From NCBI GenBank assembly GCA_977017645.1, contig OZ360242.1, positions 28,644,001-28,708,000 of the forward strand: a stretch of 64,000 bases of DNA, written 5' to 3'. This document shows, one piece after another, positions 57,301 to 64,000 of this stretch (the stretch's first letter is position 1; each line of letters opens with the position of its first letter). Both the position numbers and the translations under genes were made by a program. The notes beneath the pieces are model-generated. The model did no database searches and was not told the DNA's origin. It saw nothing but the letters and a program-made list of their open reading frames with translations. Source of the stretch: Torpedo marmorata (Eukaryota).

Positions 57301-60300
57301 AGAGCGGAAGCACATGAGAATATTATAATAGGAGGAGACTTCAACTTTTGTTTAGATCCGGTCTTTGATAAGTCTACAAGAGGAGTGAAGAGAACTAAGG
57401 CAGCGAAAGCTACGCTGGTATTAATGAAAGACTTAAATTTAATAGACGCCTGGAGAAGAATTCATCCTTGGGATGAAGATTTTTTATTTTATTCCAGTAG
57501 GCATGATTCCTATTCCAGAATTGATTTATTTTTAGTTTCAGCTCAACTGCAAGACAGAATTCTAGAAGTAGAATATAAAGCAAGGATTTTGTCTGACCAT
57601 TCACCTTTATTGATGACAATTGTCGTACCTGATAAAGAAAAATCAATATACAGATGGAGATTGAATCCTTTGTTATTAAAAAGAACAGATTTTTGTGATT
57701 TTATAAGGAGGCAAATTCAGATATTTTGTGAAACAAATTTAAACTCCGTGCCTGATAAATTTGTAACATGGGAAAGTTTGAAAGTATATTTAAGAGGTCA
57801 AATTATGTTATTCTTCAAAAATTAAAAAGGAATATATGAGAGAAATAGACCAATTAGAAAAAGAAATAACAATTTTAGATAAAGATTTACAAAAGAGGAG
57901 CTCTGTCGATAAATGTAGACAACTAATAAATAAAAAACTTCAATATAACGTATTACAGACTAATAGAACGGAGAAGACTATTATAAGAAACAAGCAAAGA
58001 TATTATGAGCTAGGTGAACATTCACATAAAGTACTTGCAAGGCAATTAAAAACAGAACAGGCATCAAGAACAATTAATGCAGTTAAAAGCGAGGCTGATG
58101 TTATTAGCTATAAACCCCAAATAATAAATGATTCTTTTGAAAAATTTTATTCTGATTTATATAAATCAGAGTCTTTGCAAGATGACAGTAAAATTGATGG
58201 ATATTTATCACAGATAAATTTACCAAGATTAAATATGCAAGAGCAATTAGAATTGAGTACCCTGTTTACGCAGAAAGAAGTGAAAGATGCAATGAGTTCA
58301 TTACAAAGTAATAAAGTACCGGAGAGGATGGTTTTCCGCCAGAGTTTTATAAAGAGTTTAAGGAATTATTAATTCCTGTCTTTATGGATTTGTTACAGCA
58401 GGCGTCTGTGACTCATACACTTCCAGAATCTTTTTCTACAGCAATAATTACAGTAATACTAAAAAAGATAGAGACCCATTGAAACCTTCATCATATTGAC
58501 CAATTTCATTACTGAATGCAGACCATAAAATTGTAGCGAAAATCTTGGCCAATAGGATAACAAAACTTTTGCCAAATTAGTAAATATGGATCAAACAGAC
58601 TTTATAAAAAAAAGACAAGCAGCTGACAATGTCGCAAGGTTACTTAGTATTGTTCATTTAGCTCAAAAAAGAAAAGTATTAAGTGTCGCGGTGGCACTAG
58701 ATGCAGAAAAAGCTTTTGAGAGATTGGAGTGGGACTTTTTGTTTAAAGTATTGGAGAAATTTGGATTTGGACAGACTTATATAGATTGGATTAAAGCATT
58801 ATATAACGCTCCAAAAGCTAAAGTAGTGACTAATGGACAAATATCAACTTCGTTTTGCTTGACAAGATCTAGTCGACAAGGGTGCCCATTGTCACCAGCT
58901 TTATTTATATTAGCTATAGAACCACTTGCAGAGGCAATTAGAAGTGACTCGGCAATTAACGGATTTACAGTTAGTCAAGAGCAACATAAAATCATCTTAT
59001 TTGCGGATGATGTTTTAATATATTTGACAGAGCCTGAGACTCTCTGCAAAGATTGTATTTTAAATTGGAAGAATATGGGAAAGTTTCAGGTTTTTAGATA
59101 AACTGGGATAAAAGTGAAATTATGCCTCTTACAGAGGGAAATTATACTATATGTAAAAGAAGTACTCAGTTTAAATGGCCACATAATGGGATAAAATATC
59201 TAGGGATTCGAACAGACAATAATTTTAAAAATCGATATAAACGGAATTATCTACCATTACTTAAAAAGATTAAAGAAGATTTGGAAAAATGGATTAATTT
59301 ACCTATTACACTGATAGGAAGAGTTAATAGTATTAAAATGAATATATTTCCAAGGATACAATATTTGTATCAAACTATACCTATTTTACAACCGCAGGTT
59401 TTTTCCCAGGATTTAAATAAACAAGTGCGAAAATTTCTTTGGAAAGGTAAAATGTCAAGAGTTTCTATGGAACGTTTAACATGGAAATATGAATTGGGAG
59501 GTTTACAACTCCCTAATTTTAAAAATTATTATCGATGGGCACAAATGAGATTTGTTACTTCTTTTTTTGAAAGTGAAGGAAGACCTGCATGGGTTGGAAT
59601 AGAGCTAGGAGAAATAGGAGAGAAAGTACCAGAAGAATTTATATATAAATGGAACTCAAAATTATTGATAGGAGTTAAAGAAACATCATTACTAAAACAT
59701 TTGATTATTGCATGGAACAAGATTAATGATGAGATAGGGATGAAAGGAACTATATCACCATAAATGTCATTGATACAGAATAATCTTATACCGTTTACAA
59801 AAGATAATCAATTTTTAAATATATGGTCACAGAAAGGAATAAAGAAGATAGAAGATTGTTATGAAGGGAATCAATTGATGTCGTTTGTACAGCTAAAAAA
59901 CAAATATGGAATACCGAATAACACTCTTTTTTGTTATTTTCAATTAAGAGGTTATTTAAGGGAAAAATTAGGTCCGGATATGTTGTTACAAAATTGTAGT
60001 GAGGTAGAAACCCTTATTAGGAAAGGAAATATTAAAAAATTTACTTCTATAATATATTCCTTGTTACAAAGGGGAGCCTTAAAACAAGGACTTCATAAAT
60101 CTAGACAGAGATGGGAACAAGATCTTAATGTTATAATTGATGAAAAAAGATGGTCGGATTTATGTCAAGATAGTATCACCAACACTATTAATGTAAGATA
60201 TAGATTAGTACAGTATAATTTTTTACATCAATTATATCTTACACCACAAAAATTGAATAAGATAAAATCTACATTATCAAATAAGTGTTTTAGATGTGGT

Positions 60301-63300
60301 GAAGAGGAGGGAACTTTTTTACATTCAACATGGTTATGCTCTTAGGTAAAAAAAAGTTTGGATGGAGTTAGGGAATCTGTTAAAACAAATTACAGGTGTC
60401 ACATTTCCACAGAATCCTGATTTATTTTTATTAGGGAATGTGGAAGGAACTAGACCAAAGTTGAAGTTATCAACATATCAACTGAAATTTGTAAAAAATT
60501 GCTTTAGCAGTAGCAAGGAAGTGTATAGCAGTAACTTGGAAATCAGATACAAATTTAGGCATGGATAGATGGAATATAGAGATGCGGAGTTGTATTCCAT
60601 TGGAAAAAATAACATATGAGAAATAAATATGGGGACTTCTTGCAAATTTGGCGTCCATATATCCAATCATTAGGTATGAATATTTAAATGTGTTGTTCTA
60701 CATCCTAGACCCTGTTGACTCTCTCAAATTTAAATAATGAAAAAACTGTTGAATACCATGCGTCGAGCTGTGGACCCAGCAGCGATCCGTACAGATGTTT
60801 TAATAAGTAATACTATAATGCCTTCTTTTGTTTTCTTTTTAGTAAGGGGAGGGAATTAAAGGGAGGGGAAGGGTGGAGGGTGGGGTAGAAACATTTAATA
60901 CTTAATACTAAGTAATAATTTTAATTGAAATGTTTGGAAGATATAAGGGGTTGGGGGAGTTAAGGTAGGGTTAGATACACTATGTAATACAAATTATGGT
61001 TTTTTTATTTACTGGAATTGATAATGTATATTATATACGTTGTATTACTGTGTGAAAAATTAAAAAGATTAAAATAAAATATTCAAAAAAACAAAATAAA
61101 AGTAGAAAATGATTTCAGGAATATTCCCAGTACTACCATGTGCAAGTGAGAACAGAAATGAATGGACGTGAACAGTTTAAATAGGGAGGAACTTGAGGAA
61201 AGGTGCATGAAGAGAACACGGAGATCTTTGGGGCATTGGAATTGGTTCTGGGTCATGAGACAACTTTTCAACAGGACAGGATGGTCTTCAACAGGACTGT
61301 CACCGGTGCTCTCTCAGAGAAGAACACAGGCACAGGGATGAAAAAAATAAATTCAACTGAAGGGGGATGAACATCAGCAAATAGAAGTAGAAAAGAGGTA
61401 CACAGTGCACAAAGATGTGAGATTGTTAGATAATATTAGGGAATGAATGAACACTATTATATATTAGTAGTTCTGGAAGGAATACAGAGGCAAGTTTCGA
61501 GTACATGTACATAAGATTTGTGAACTGTCCACATGTGAACTGCAAAGGCATTTCAGAGAGCAGCTGACAGTCAACCACATCCATGGTTCTGGAGTCAAAT
61601 GAAGGCCTGGTTGGCAAGTGCAGAAAATTTTCTTCCCCAAAAGTCATTCGCGGACTAAATGAGTGTTTATGGCAAGCAGCCAATTTATGGTCACCATTAC
61701 AACCGATTGCATGTTTATATTTCTCATTTATTTAATCAAATGAATTATCAAAGCATCTGAATTTACATCTCAGGATTATTAATTCTTATCAAACCAGCAA
61801 TACATCATTACCCAAGTCTAACCCATAACGTTGATTATTTAGCACAGAATGAAATTAATTTCATACTTGCGGTATTGTTGGATATTCCTCGTAATTGGAG
61901 CTGACTAATAAATATCAAGACTTCCCCAGGAGGTCTCAATCTTTTGATTTTCTTGATAAATCTTGGCAGAGCTTCATAAAGGGTAGGCTGTATGGGGTAA
62001 ATTGGAAAAGGTAGAGATTGCCATCAAATTTCTAACTGAACATATATCCTGAAATGCCAGGAAGAGGATCATAAAACATTTATTCATTAATGAAAACACT
62101 TAGCACGTCATTAGCAATTCCTCCCATCAAAAATCCAAAACCAATGTCATCTGCAAGTGACAAACATGTTGGAACAAAAGGAATACAATGACTGGTAAAA
62201 GTAATGCAGCATTTCTCCATCCCAACTTGGGAATGTATCAATTTGGGTTTCACCAAATCATACTGTCACAGAACATAGAACACAGAAACAGGCTACAGCC
62301 AGTAGAGTGGGAGTGTGCAGCCTCAGTCAGAGGCTGAGCAGGGTGCTGGGACCAGACCAAAGTTGTGGAACCAGGGGTGGAGTGAAGAATGAGATGGTTG
62401 GGAAACGGGGTGCTCATATTGTGGTAACAGAGGAGAAGGAGCAGAGGTGGCAGTCGAACCAGGGAAATAACAACGATTACAATGTCTCAAATTCAGCTAC
62501 TTCAATCAACTTCCATTCTAGTAAACTATACCTTGTTTATTTGATTCCATGTGTGAGTCAACGCCAAAGGAAGATTTCCAAGGGTTTGTATTGTAGATGA
62601 TGACCACGATGAAGGAAAACTACAGACAGAGAAGAATGTCTCTGAGTTAGTAATGCACTGCAATAAACTGTATCAATTTTATTCAAGGTTTTTCATACCT
62701 GAGGTTCAATCAGAACAGTGAAAATTAAACTGTAAGATTTAACTTCCAAAGTCAAAAACACAAAAGATAGGTCGCTGTCAAAATGATTCCCAATTGGACT
62801 TTTGAAGGAAGATAGCAAAATGAAGAAAAGCCCTCTTCACTTTTAGTGTAACTCCACCATTTCAGAATATGTACCATTGGAACAAACAATAGAATGCCAA
62901 GGAATATTCGATACTGAGAAAGAAAATAACCAAGGGAAGACGAGAACCGCAGATCCAGTAATCCTGATCAAAATAACCTCTATCATTTCATCTCCAATAC
63001 ACAAGGAAGGGATGTTCCATGCACAAGAATGGCTTGGGCTAACATACATTGATCCCAGACCTTCGTTAAAAGGTGCCATGTTTCAGGAATAAGAGTGCTG
63101 TTGTTTAAAGGCACCTGCTTCCGTGGCAGTTAAATAGTTTGTTGTGCAGACAAAGTGCACATTCTCCAAAGATAGTGCCCAGCAATACAAGTTGTCATGA
63201 GATATGAAATTCAGACATTCTGGTGTGATCTGTTTTGTAATTTGTGAACATTTCACACTCACCCATATTTGCTGGCTCCACTTTGAAGGCGATATTCAAT

Positions 63301-63976
63301 TGCACGTTTCTGATCATCTCGATACGTGACACATTTCTTTAATTCATCCAGAACAGATATATCAGATCCCATTATTGTGGATGCATCAAGGTCACAGACC
63401 AATCCACCTAGTACTGTCAAGCTCTCCTTTGTCAGGTTCTTGTTGTTGGTAACTCCCTGAATTGTTATGAAAAGAGCAACATTAATTCTGCAGTACGTAT
63501 ATCATCATGCACAAATTAAACTCTGTTCATCATTCCTACTTTAAGACCACCCTCATTGTGTGGATGAACATTGCTACAATTTATCGGCACATCGAGAACA
63601 TGGAAGAATATCAGCTGGTTTTGAATTCCACCTCCAATTCCCAACGCAGCTTCAGCTCAGCGGGTCTCCAACTTTTATCACACTGATTAACAACGTTTAA
63701 AACTTCTCCTGACTTTAGGTGTCATAGTTACATATTCGTTAGAAATTTAAATTGTGTGATCAGCTGTATGAACTCAGGTTTTTCACTCTATTCAGTGTGT
63801 CCAAGATGTCAGTTTCATCAACCCCGAGTTTACTCTTAATACTTACCAAACACGTTTTGGCATCTTTAAGAATATTTTGTTCTCTTGCTGAGACTTTTCT
63901 TAAAATATTTATATTTGATTTCCCGACTAATTTGAAGAATTCCCGACAGTTGGATAAAGTCCTGAAGTATTGATAA
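232..63976 (-). CDS. Multi-exon mesothelin-like (mesothelin/otoancorin/stereocilin superfamily) gene, incomplete at both window edges; 48 exons traced, built from tandem 34-exon units
   Basis: All exons have AG/GT boundaries, compatible phases and no stop. Motifs recalled from mesothelin: [60 protein letters not shown]. Confidence 0.85.
560..587 (-). CDS. Micro-exon 34 (ETTLCRAID)
   Basis: cag|AAACTA...ACAG|gtaaga; 28 nt; phase 1 to 2. Confidence 0.65.
682..703 (-). CDS. Micro-exon 33 (PGNTTVN)
   Basis: ttccttag|CCTGGT...AATG|gtaagt; 22 nt; phase 0 to 1. Confidence 0.65.
950..969 (-). CDS. Micro-exon 32 (EPEIDNK)
   Basis: Long poly-T tract then acag|AACCTG...AAA|gtaaga; 20 nt; phase 1 to 0. 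Confidence 0.65.
1380..1539 (-). CDS. Exon 31, mesothelin C-terminal-like ([12 protein letters not shown]...WV...[12 protein letters not shown]); read-through extends to a stop at 1249
   Basis: Resembles mesothelin LTVAEVQKLLG...DWI...LGLGLQGGIPN; ttttcag acceptor; TCAG|gtaatt donor; phase 0 to 1. Confidence 0.85.
1810..1935. repeat. Short imperfect ~36-bp tandem repeat inside an unclassified GC-richer interspersed element (~1700-2285)
   Basis: About three copies of acccacacaggctgggggctgctgg.gact; twin near 49883-50008. Confidence 0.55.
2714..2808 (-). CDS. Exon 30 ([32 protein letters not shown])
   Basis: Resembles mesothelin GAPTEDLKALSQQNVSMDLATFMKL; phase 1 to 0; 95 nt. Confidence 0.88.
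3551..3684 (-). CDS. Exon 29 ([22 protein letters not shown]...YFQLIKSYV)
   Basis: Within ORF 3513-3701; resembles mesothelin LDTC...LYPKA...YFVKIQSFLG; phase 2 to 1. Confidence 0.88.
5086..5213 (-). CDS. Exon 28 ([42 protein letters not shown])
   Basis: cag|GTG...AC|gtaagt; phase 0 to 2; 128 nt. Confidence 0.85.
5573..5719 (-). CDS. Exon 27 ([15 protein letters not shown]...[13 protein letters not shown])
   Basis: Resembles mesothelin LYPQGYPESVIQHLG...WNVTSLETLKAL; phase 0 to 0; 147 nt. Confidence 0.88.
6346..6515 (+). mobile_element. Degenerate, internally deleted tRNA-derived V-SINE-like copy (twin near 54416-54585)
   Basis: Shares acggttagcg and gagtttgtacgtt...gtttcctctgg...gtttcctcccacc with the SINE at 23651. 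Confidence 0.6.
7500..8015 (+). mobile_element. Decayed Penelope-like retroelement 3' portion (twin near 55572-56088)
   Basis: Remnant similar to GIY-YIG C-terminal coding sequence, a pyrimidine-rich tail, and a ggatgctg..tg.cctgctgagttt end motif that recurs elsewhere in the window. Confidence 0.45.
8052..8230 (-). CDS. Exon 26 ([28 protein letters not shown]...[15 protein letters not shown])
   Basis: Resembles the mature mesothelin N-terminus (ACPSG...LEACV...FTYEQLDVLKHKL); phase 1 to 0; 179 nt. Confidence 0.88.
8832..9083. repeat. ~250-bp direct repeat, left flank of L1
   Basis: aagtagaaa...aaaaaaataaattc recurs at 13030-13285. Confidence 0.9.
9084..13029 (+). mobile_element. 5'-truncated L1/Tx1-clade LINE with a frameshifted ORF2 pseudogene (APE endonuclease, RT, C-terminal Cys/His region)
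   Basis: Motifs [43 protein letters not shown] and CFRC; G-rich 3' UTR; A-rich end. Confidence 0.95.
13030..13285. repeat. ~250-bp direct repeat, right flank of L1
   Basis: Matches 8832-9083 with several substitutions and a small indel. Confidence 0.9.
13798..13918 (-). CDS. Exon 25 ([40 protein letters not shown])
   Basis: cag|CCT...A|gtatga; phase 0 to 1; 121 nt; bridges exons 24 and 26 in frame. Confidence 0.75.
14463..14550 (-). CDS. Exon 24 ([29 protein letters not shown])
   Basis: Resembles mesothelin PPSTWSVSTMDAL; phase 2 to 0; 88 nt. Confidence 0.85.
15194..15387 (-). CDS. Exon 23 ([23 protein letters not shown]...LKKC...SGASKYG)
   Basis: Resembles mesothelin LGGLACDL...GGPPYG; phase 0 to 2; 194 nt. 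Confidence 0.88.
15778..15907 (-). CDS. Exon 22 ([25 protein letters not shown]...AKTCL)
   Basis: Resembles mesothelin CTRFFSRITKANVDLL...ALAC; phase 2 to 0; 130 nt. Confidence 0.87.
16070..16289. mobile_element. Tc1/mariner (pogo/Tigger-like) MITE
   Basis: ta|cagtaaaaccc ... gggttttaatg|ta: imperfect terminal inverted repeats with a TA target duplication. Confidence 0.65.
16734..16816 (-). CDS. Exon 21 ([27 protein letters not shown])
   Basis: Resembles mesothelin LRCLAHRL...LPLDLLLF; phase 0 to 2; 83 nt. Confidence 0.85.
17239..17359 (-). CDS. Exon 20 ([17 protein letters not shown]...VALDESQ)
   Basis: Resembles mesothelin LSPRQLLGFPC...LSTEQ; phase 2 to 0; 121 nt. Confidence 0.86.
17556..20518 (-). 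mobile_element. Gypsy LTR retrotransposon, internally deleted (gag with CCHC, protease, integrase; RT absent)
   Basis: LTRs at 17556-17730 and 20341-20518; PBS TGGTACCAGG; polypurine tract; motifs [30 protein letters not shown] and SDNGP. Confidence 0.93.
21217..21263 (-). CDS. Exon 19 ([15 protein letters not shown])
   Basis: cag|TCT...AC|gtgagc; 47 nt; phase 0 to 2, which is needed to join exons 18 and 20. Confidence 0.7.
21775..21912 (-). CDS. Exon 18 (VLRNVNNPV...[10 protein letters not shown])
   Basis: Within ORF 21745-21936; phase 0 to 0; 138 nt. Confidence 0.8.
22030..22200 (-). CDS. Exon 17 ([19 protein letters not shown]...ICVLQ)
   Basis: aag|GTG...CAG|gtgagt; phase 0 to 0; 171 nt. 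Confidence 0.82.
22875..23087 (-). CDS. Exon 16 (LAIVLVGKI...LGQTAVGLS...VEGWNVGQ...SGYQ)
   Basis: Family-type LG..AVGLS and W..GQ motifs; phase 0 to 0; 213 nt. Confidence 0.85.
23190..23367 (-). CDS. Exon 15 (VPNSLLCF...NNVCG...PTDEQLK)
   Basis: cag|TGTG...AAG|gtaaaa; phase 2 to 0; 178 nt. Confidence 0.8.
23652..23909 (+). mobile_element. tRNA-derived V-SINE-like element, full length
   Basis: A-box-like (ggcacggttagcgtagtg), B-box-like (gtattcgaatccc), conserved gtttcctc core and A-rich end. Confidence 0.8.
24090..25432 (-). mobile_element. 5'-truncated Rex1/Babar-type LINE with an open RT domain
   Basis: ORF 24272-25429 has [38 protein letters not shown] and FKFLG. Confidence 0.92.
25638..25893 (-). 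mobile_element. V-SINE-like element, same family as 23652
   Basis: Reverse complement carries the acggttagcgtag and ggttcgaatccc boxes and the same core. Confidence 0.78.
26138..27935 (-). mobile_element. 5'-truncated CR1 LINE with frameshifted RT
   Basis: Motifs [45 protein letters not shown] and [10 protein letters not shown]. Confidence 0.93.
28027..28151 (-). CDS. Exon 14 ([19 protein letters not shown]...NPNFNAS)
   Basis: tag|CTT...AG|gtatgt; phase 0 to 2; 125 nt. Confidence 0.8.
29198..29331 (-). CDS. Exon 13 ([25 protein letters not shown]...)
   Basis: Phase 1 to 0; 134 nt; fourth exon of internal module 3. Confidence 0.83.
30321..30409 (-). CDS. Exon 12 ([30 protein letters not shown])
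   Basis: tag|TGTG...G|gtggag; phase 2 to 1; 89 nt. Confidence 0.75.
31689..31876 (-). CDS. Exon 11 (RNLLAAVL...[13 protein letters not shown]...SCLPYRR)
   Basis: Phase 0 to 2; 188 nt. Confidence 0.8.
32270..32750 (-). mobile_element. CR1 LINE 3' fragment
   Basis: [12 protein letters not shown]...SRTRGHSL...FFTQRVV; terminal caatagacaatag repeat. Confidence 0.9.
32968..33123 (-). CDS. Exon 10 ([18 protein letters not shown]...FANATRD)
   Basis: Phase 0 to 0; 156 nt. Confidence 0.8.
34109..36813 (+). mobile_element. Gypsy LTR retrotransposon, same family as 17556, internally deleted (gag, protease, RT; RNase H and integrase absent), nested in a CR1 remnant
   Basis: TG..CA LTRs at 34109-34286 and 36636-36813; AGGAC target duplication; PBS tggtaccagg; RT motifs KLDASQG and YIDD. 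Confidence 0.95.
37960..38087 (-). CDS. Exon 9 ([24 protein letters not shown]...HRETE)
   Basis: Phase 1 to 0; 128 nt. Confidence 0.8.
38560..38745 (-). mobile_element. V-SINE-like fragment
   Basis: Same core and tail as the SINE at 25638-25893. Confidence 0.65.
39044..39129 (-). CDS. Exon 8 ([29 protein letters not shown])
   Basis: Poly-T tract then tag acceptor; phase 2 to 1; 86 nt. Confidence 0.78.
39473..39707 (-). mobile_element. Solo LTR
   Basis: TG...CA ends, CTGTC 5-bp target duplication on both sides, AATAAA on the minus strand. Confidence 0.7.
40089..40291 (-). CDS. Exon 7 ([10 protein letters not shown]...[13 protein letters not shown]...NCEGLQI)
   Basis: Phase 0 to 2; 203 nt. 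Confidence 0.83.
40658..40816 (-). CDS. Exon 6 ([15 protein letters not shown]...FNIASRK)
   Basis: Phase 0 to 0; 159 nt. Confidence 0.82.
41067..42452 (+). mobile_element. L1/Tx1 LINE 3' fragment with a 5' inversion (41067-~41835 on the minus strand, remainder on plus)
   Basis: ORF2 pieces on opposite strands (40975-41838 minus, 41872-42201 plus), poly(A), and a 15-bp TSD agaaatagtcagttg at 41052 and 42453. Confidence 0.92.
43050..43900 (-). mobile_element. Highly decayed L2-like LINE remnant
   Basis: [15 protein letters not shown]....AHFHLHN resembles the L2 RT C-terminus; boundaries are approximate. Confidence 0.4.
44235..44353 (-). CDS. Exon 5 ([23 protein letters not shown]...NPDFNP)
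   Basis: Phase 1 to 0; 119 nt. Confidence 0.83.
44617..44711 (-). CDS. Exon 4 ([32 protein letters not shown])
   Basis: Phase 2 to 1; 95 nt. Confidence 0.8.
44916..46339 (+). mobile_element. 5'-truncated L1/Tx1 LINE of a different subfamily
   Basis: ORF2 C-terminus ([19 protein letters not shown]), aataaa and A-rich tail, 14-bp TSD aacagtgatgcccc at 44902 and 46340. Confidence 0.9.
46513..46724 (-). CDS. Exon 3 (FPNRSSIPL...[13 protein letters not shown]...TCDGYQA)
   Basis: Phase 0 to 2; 212 nt. Confidence 0.83.
47250..47735 (+). mobile_element. Decayed CR1 RT 3' fragment
   Basis: KCEVMH.G and LE.CV.FWSP-like remnants. Confidence 0.65.
47748..47915 (-). CDS. Exon 2 ([20 protein letters not shown]...LDKFNNQ)
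   Basis: tttcag|GCT...CAG|gtaact; phase 0 to 0; 168 nt. Confidence 0.8.
48333..48414 (-). CDS. Exon 1 of the complete unit
   Basis: Matches 232-313; phase 2 to 0. Confidence 0.75.
48661..48688 (-). CDS. Micro-exon 34, upstream unit
   Basis: Matches 560-587. Confidence 0.65.
48781..48802 (-). CDS. Micro-exon 33, upstream unit
   Basis: Matches 682-703. Confidence 0.65.
49049..49068 (-). CDS. Micro-exon 32, upstream unit
   Basis: Matches 950-969. Confidence 0.65.
49453..49612 (-). CDS. Exon 31, upstream unit (read-through stop at 49322)
   Basis: Twin of 1380-1539; a synonymous CTA/CTG difference is visible. Confidence 0.85.
50787..50881 (-). CDS. Exon 30, upstream unit
   Basis: Twin of 2714-2808. 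Confidence 0.88.
51624..51757 (-). CDS. Exon 29, upstream unit
   Basis: Twin of 3551-3684; G to E substitution; donor gtacgt instead of gtaagt. Confidence 0.86.
53159..53283 (-). CDS. Exon 28, upstream unit (3 nt shorter)
   Basis: VTFITQ versus VTFIITQ, an in-frame indel. Confidence 0.85.
53643..53789 (-). CDS. Exon 27, upstream unit
   Basis: Twin of 5573-5719. Confidence 0.88.
56124..56302 (-). CDS. Exon 26, upstream unit
   Basis: Twin of 8052-8230; Q to K substitution. Confidence 0.88.
57152..61099 (+). mobile_element. Duplicated copy of the L1/Tx1 LINE, flanked by the same ~250-bp direct repeats (56900-57151 and 61100-61354)
   Basis: Twin of 9084-13029 with private lesions, including a TAA at 59761. 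Confidence 0.95.
61867..61987 (-). CDS. Exon 25, upstream unit
   Basis: Twin of 13798-13918. Confidence 0.75.
62532..62619 (-). CDS. Exon 24, upstream unit
   Basis: Twin of 14463-14550. Confidence 0.85.
63263..63456 (-). CDS. Exon 23, upstream unit
   Basis: Twin of 15194-15387. Confidence 0.88.
63847..63976 (-). CDS. Exon 22, upstream unit
   Basis: Twin of 15778-15907. Confidence 0.87.
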
Positions 63977-64000
63977 CTATAAAGTGAAACAGAAAATACA

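Larger units (their letters stand above)
48104..64000. repeat. Tandem segmental duplication, copy 2 (matches 1-15931)
   Basis: cctgatgcagagactcatcc starts at both 1 and 48104, and the match runs colinearly to the window end. Confidence 0.98.

Noticed and set aside
1-64000. Most short ORFs in the six-frame track (e.g. 4416-4694, 6206-6705, 7102-7957, 14238-15023)
   Set aside because: They are intronic or repeat-derived, or antisense shadows, with no recognisable motifs. They recur only because of the segmental duplication.

Overview
Vertebrate genomic DNA, AT-rich and full of introns and transposons. The repeat families (V-SINE, CR1, L1/Tx1, Rex1-like, Penelope-like, Gypsy) suggest a cartilaginous fish, which is an inference. 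The window lies inside one minus-strand multi-exon gene of the mesothelin/otoancorin/stereocilin superfamily. Bases 1-15931 recur almost identically at 48104-64000, so the locus is a head-to-tail tandem array with a period of about 48.1 kb. I traced 48 GT-AG exons by hand from 63976 down to 232. Every junction is phase-compatible and there is no stop codon (about 5.87 kb, about 1950 aa). The exon matching the mesothelin C-terminus (LGLTGGIPN) does not have to end the gene. It can splice through three micro-exons (20, 22 and 28 nt) in frame into the first exon of the next unit. Each unit therefore looks like a 34-exon, 4341-nt, 1447-aa cassette with no start or stop codon. It holds three ancient 4-exon repeats, a linker and a mesothelin-like region, and it appears to be part of a giant concatemeric protein. 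Read-through of that same exon gives a hydrophobic tail and stop that resembles a GPI signal, once per unit. Introns contain an L1 with ~250-bp flanking direct repeats, a 5'-inverted L1, two inverted Gypsy copies with complementary deletions, a solo LTR, and Rex1, CR1, SINE and MITE insertions. The gene model is predicted from sequence only and has no transcript support.
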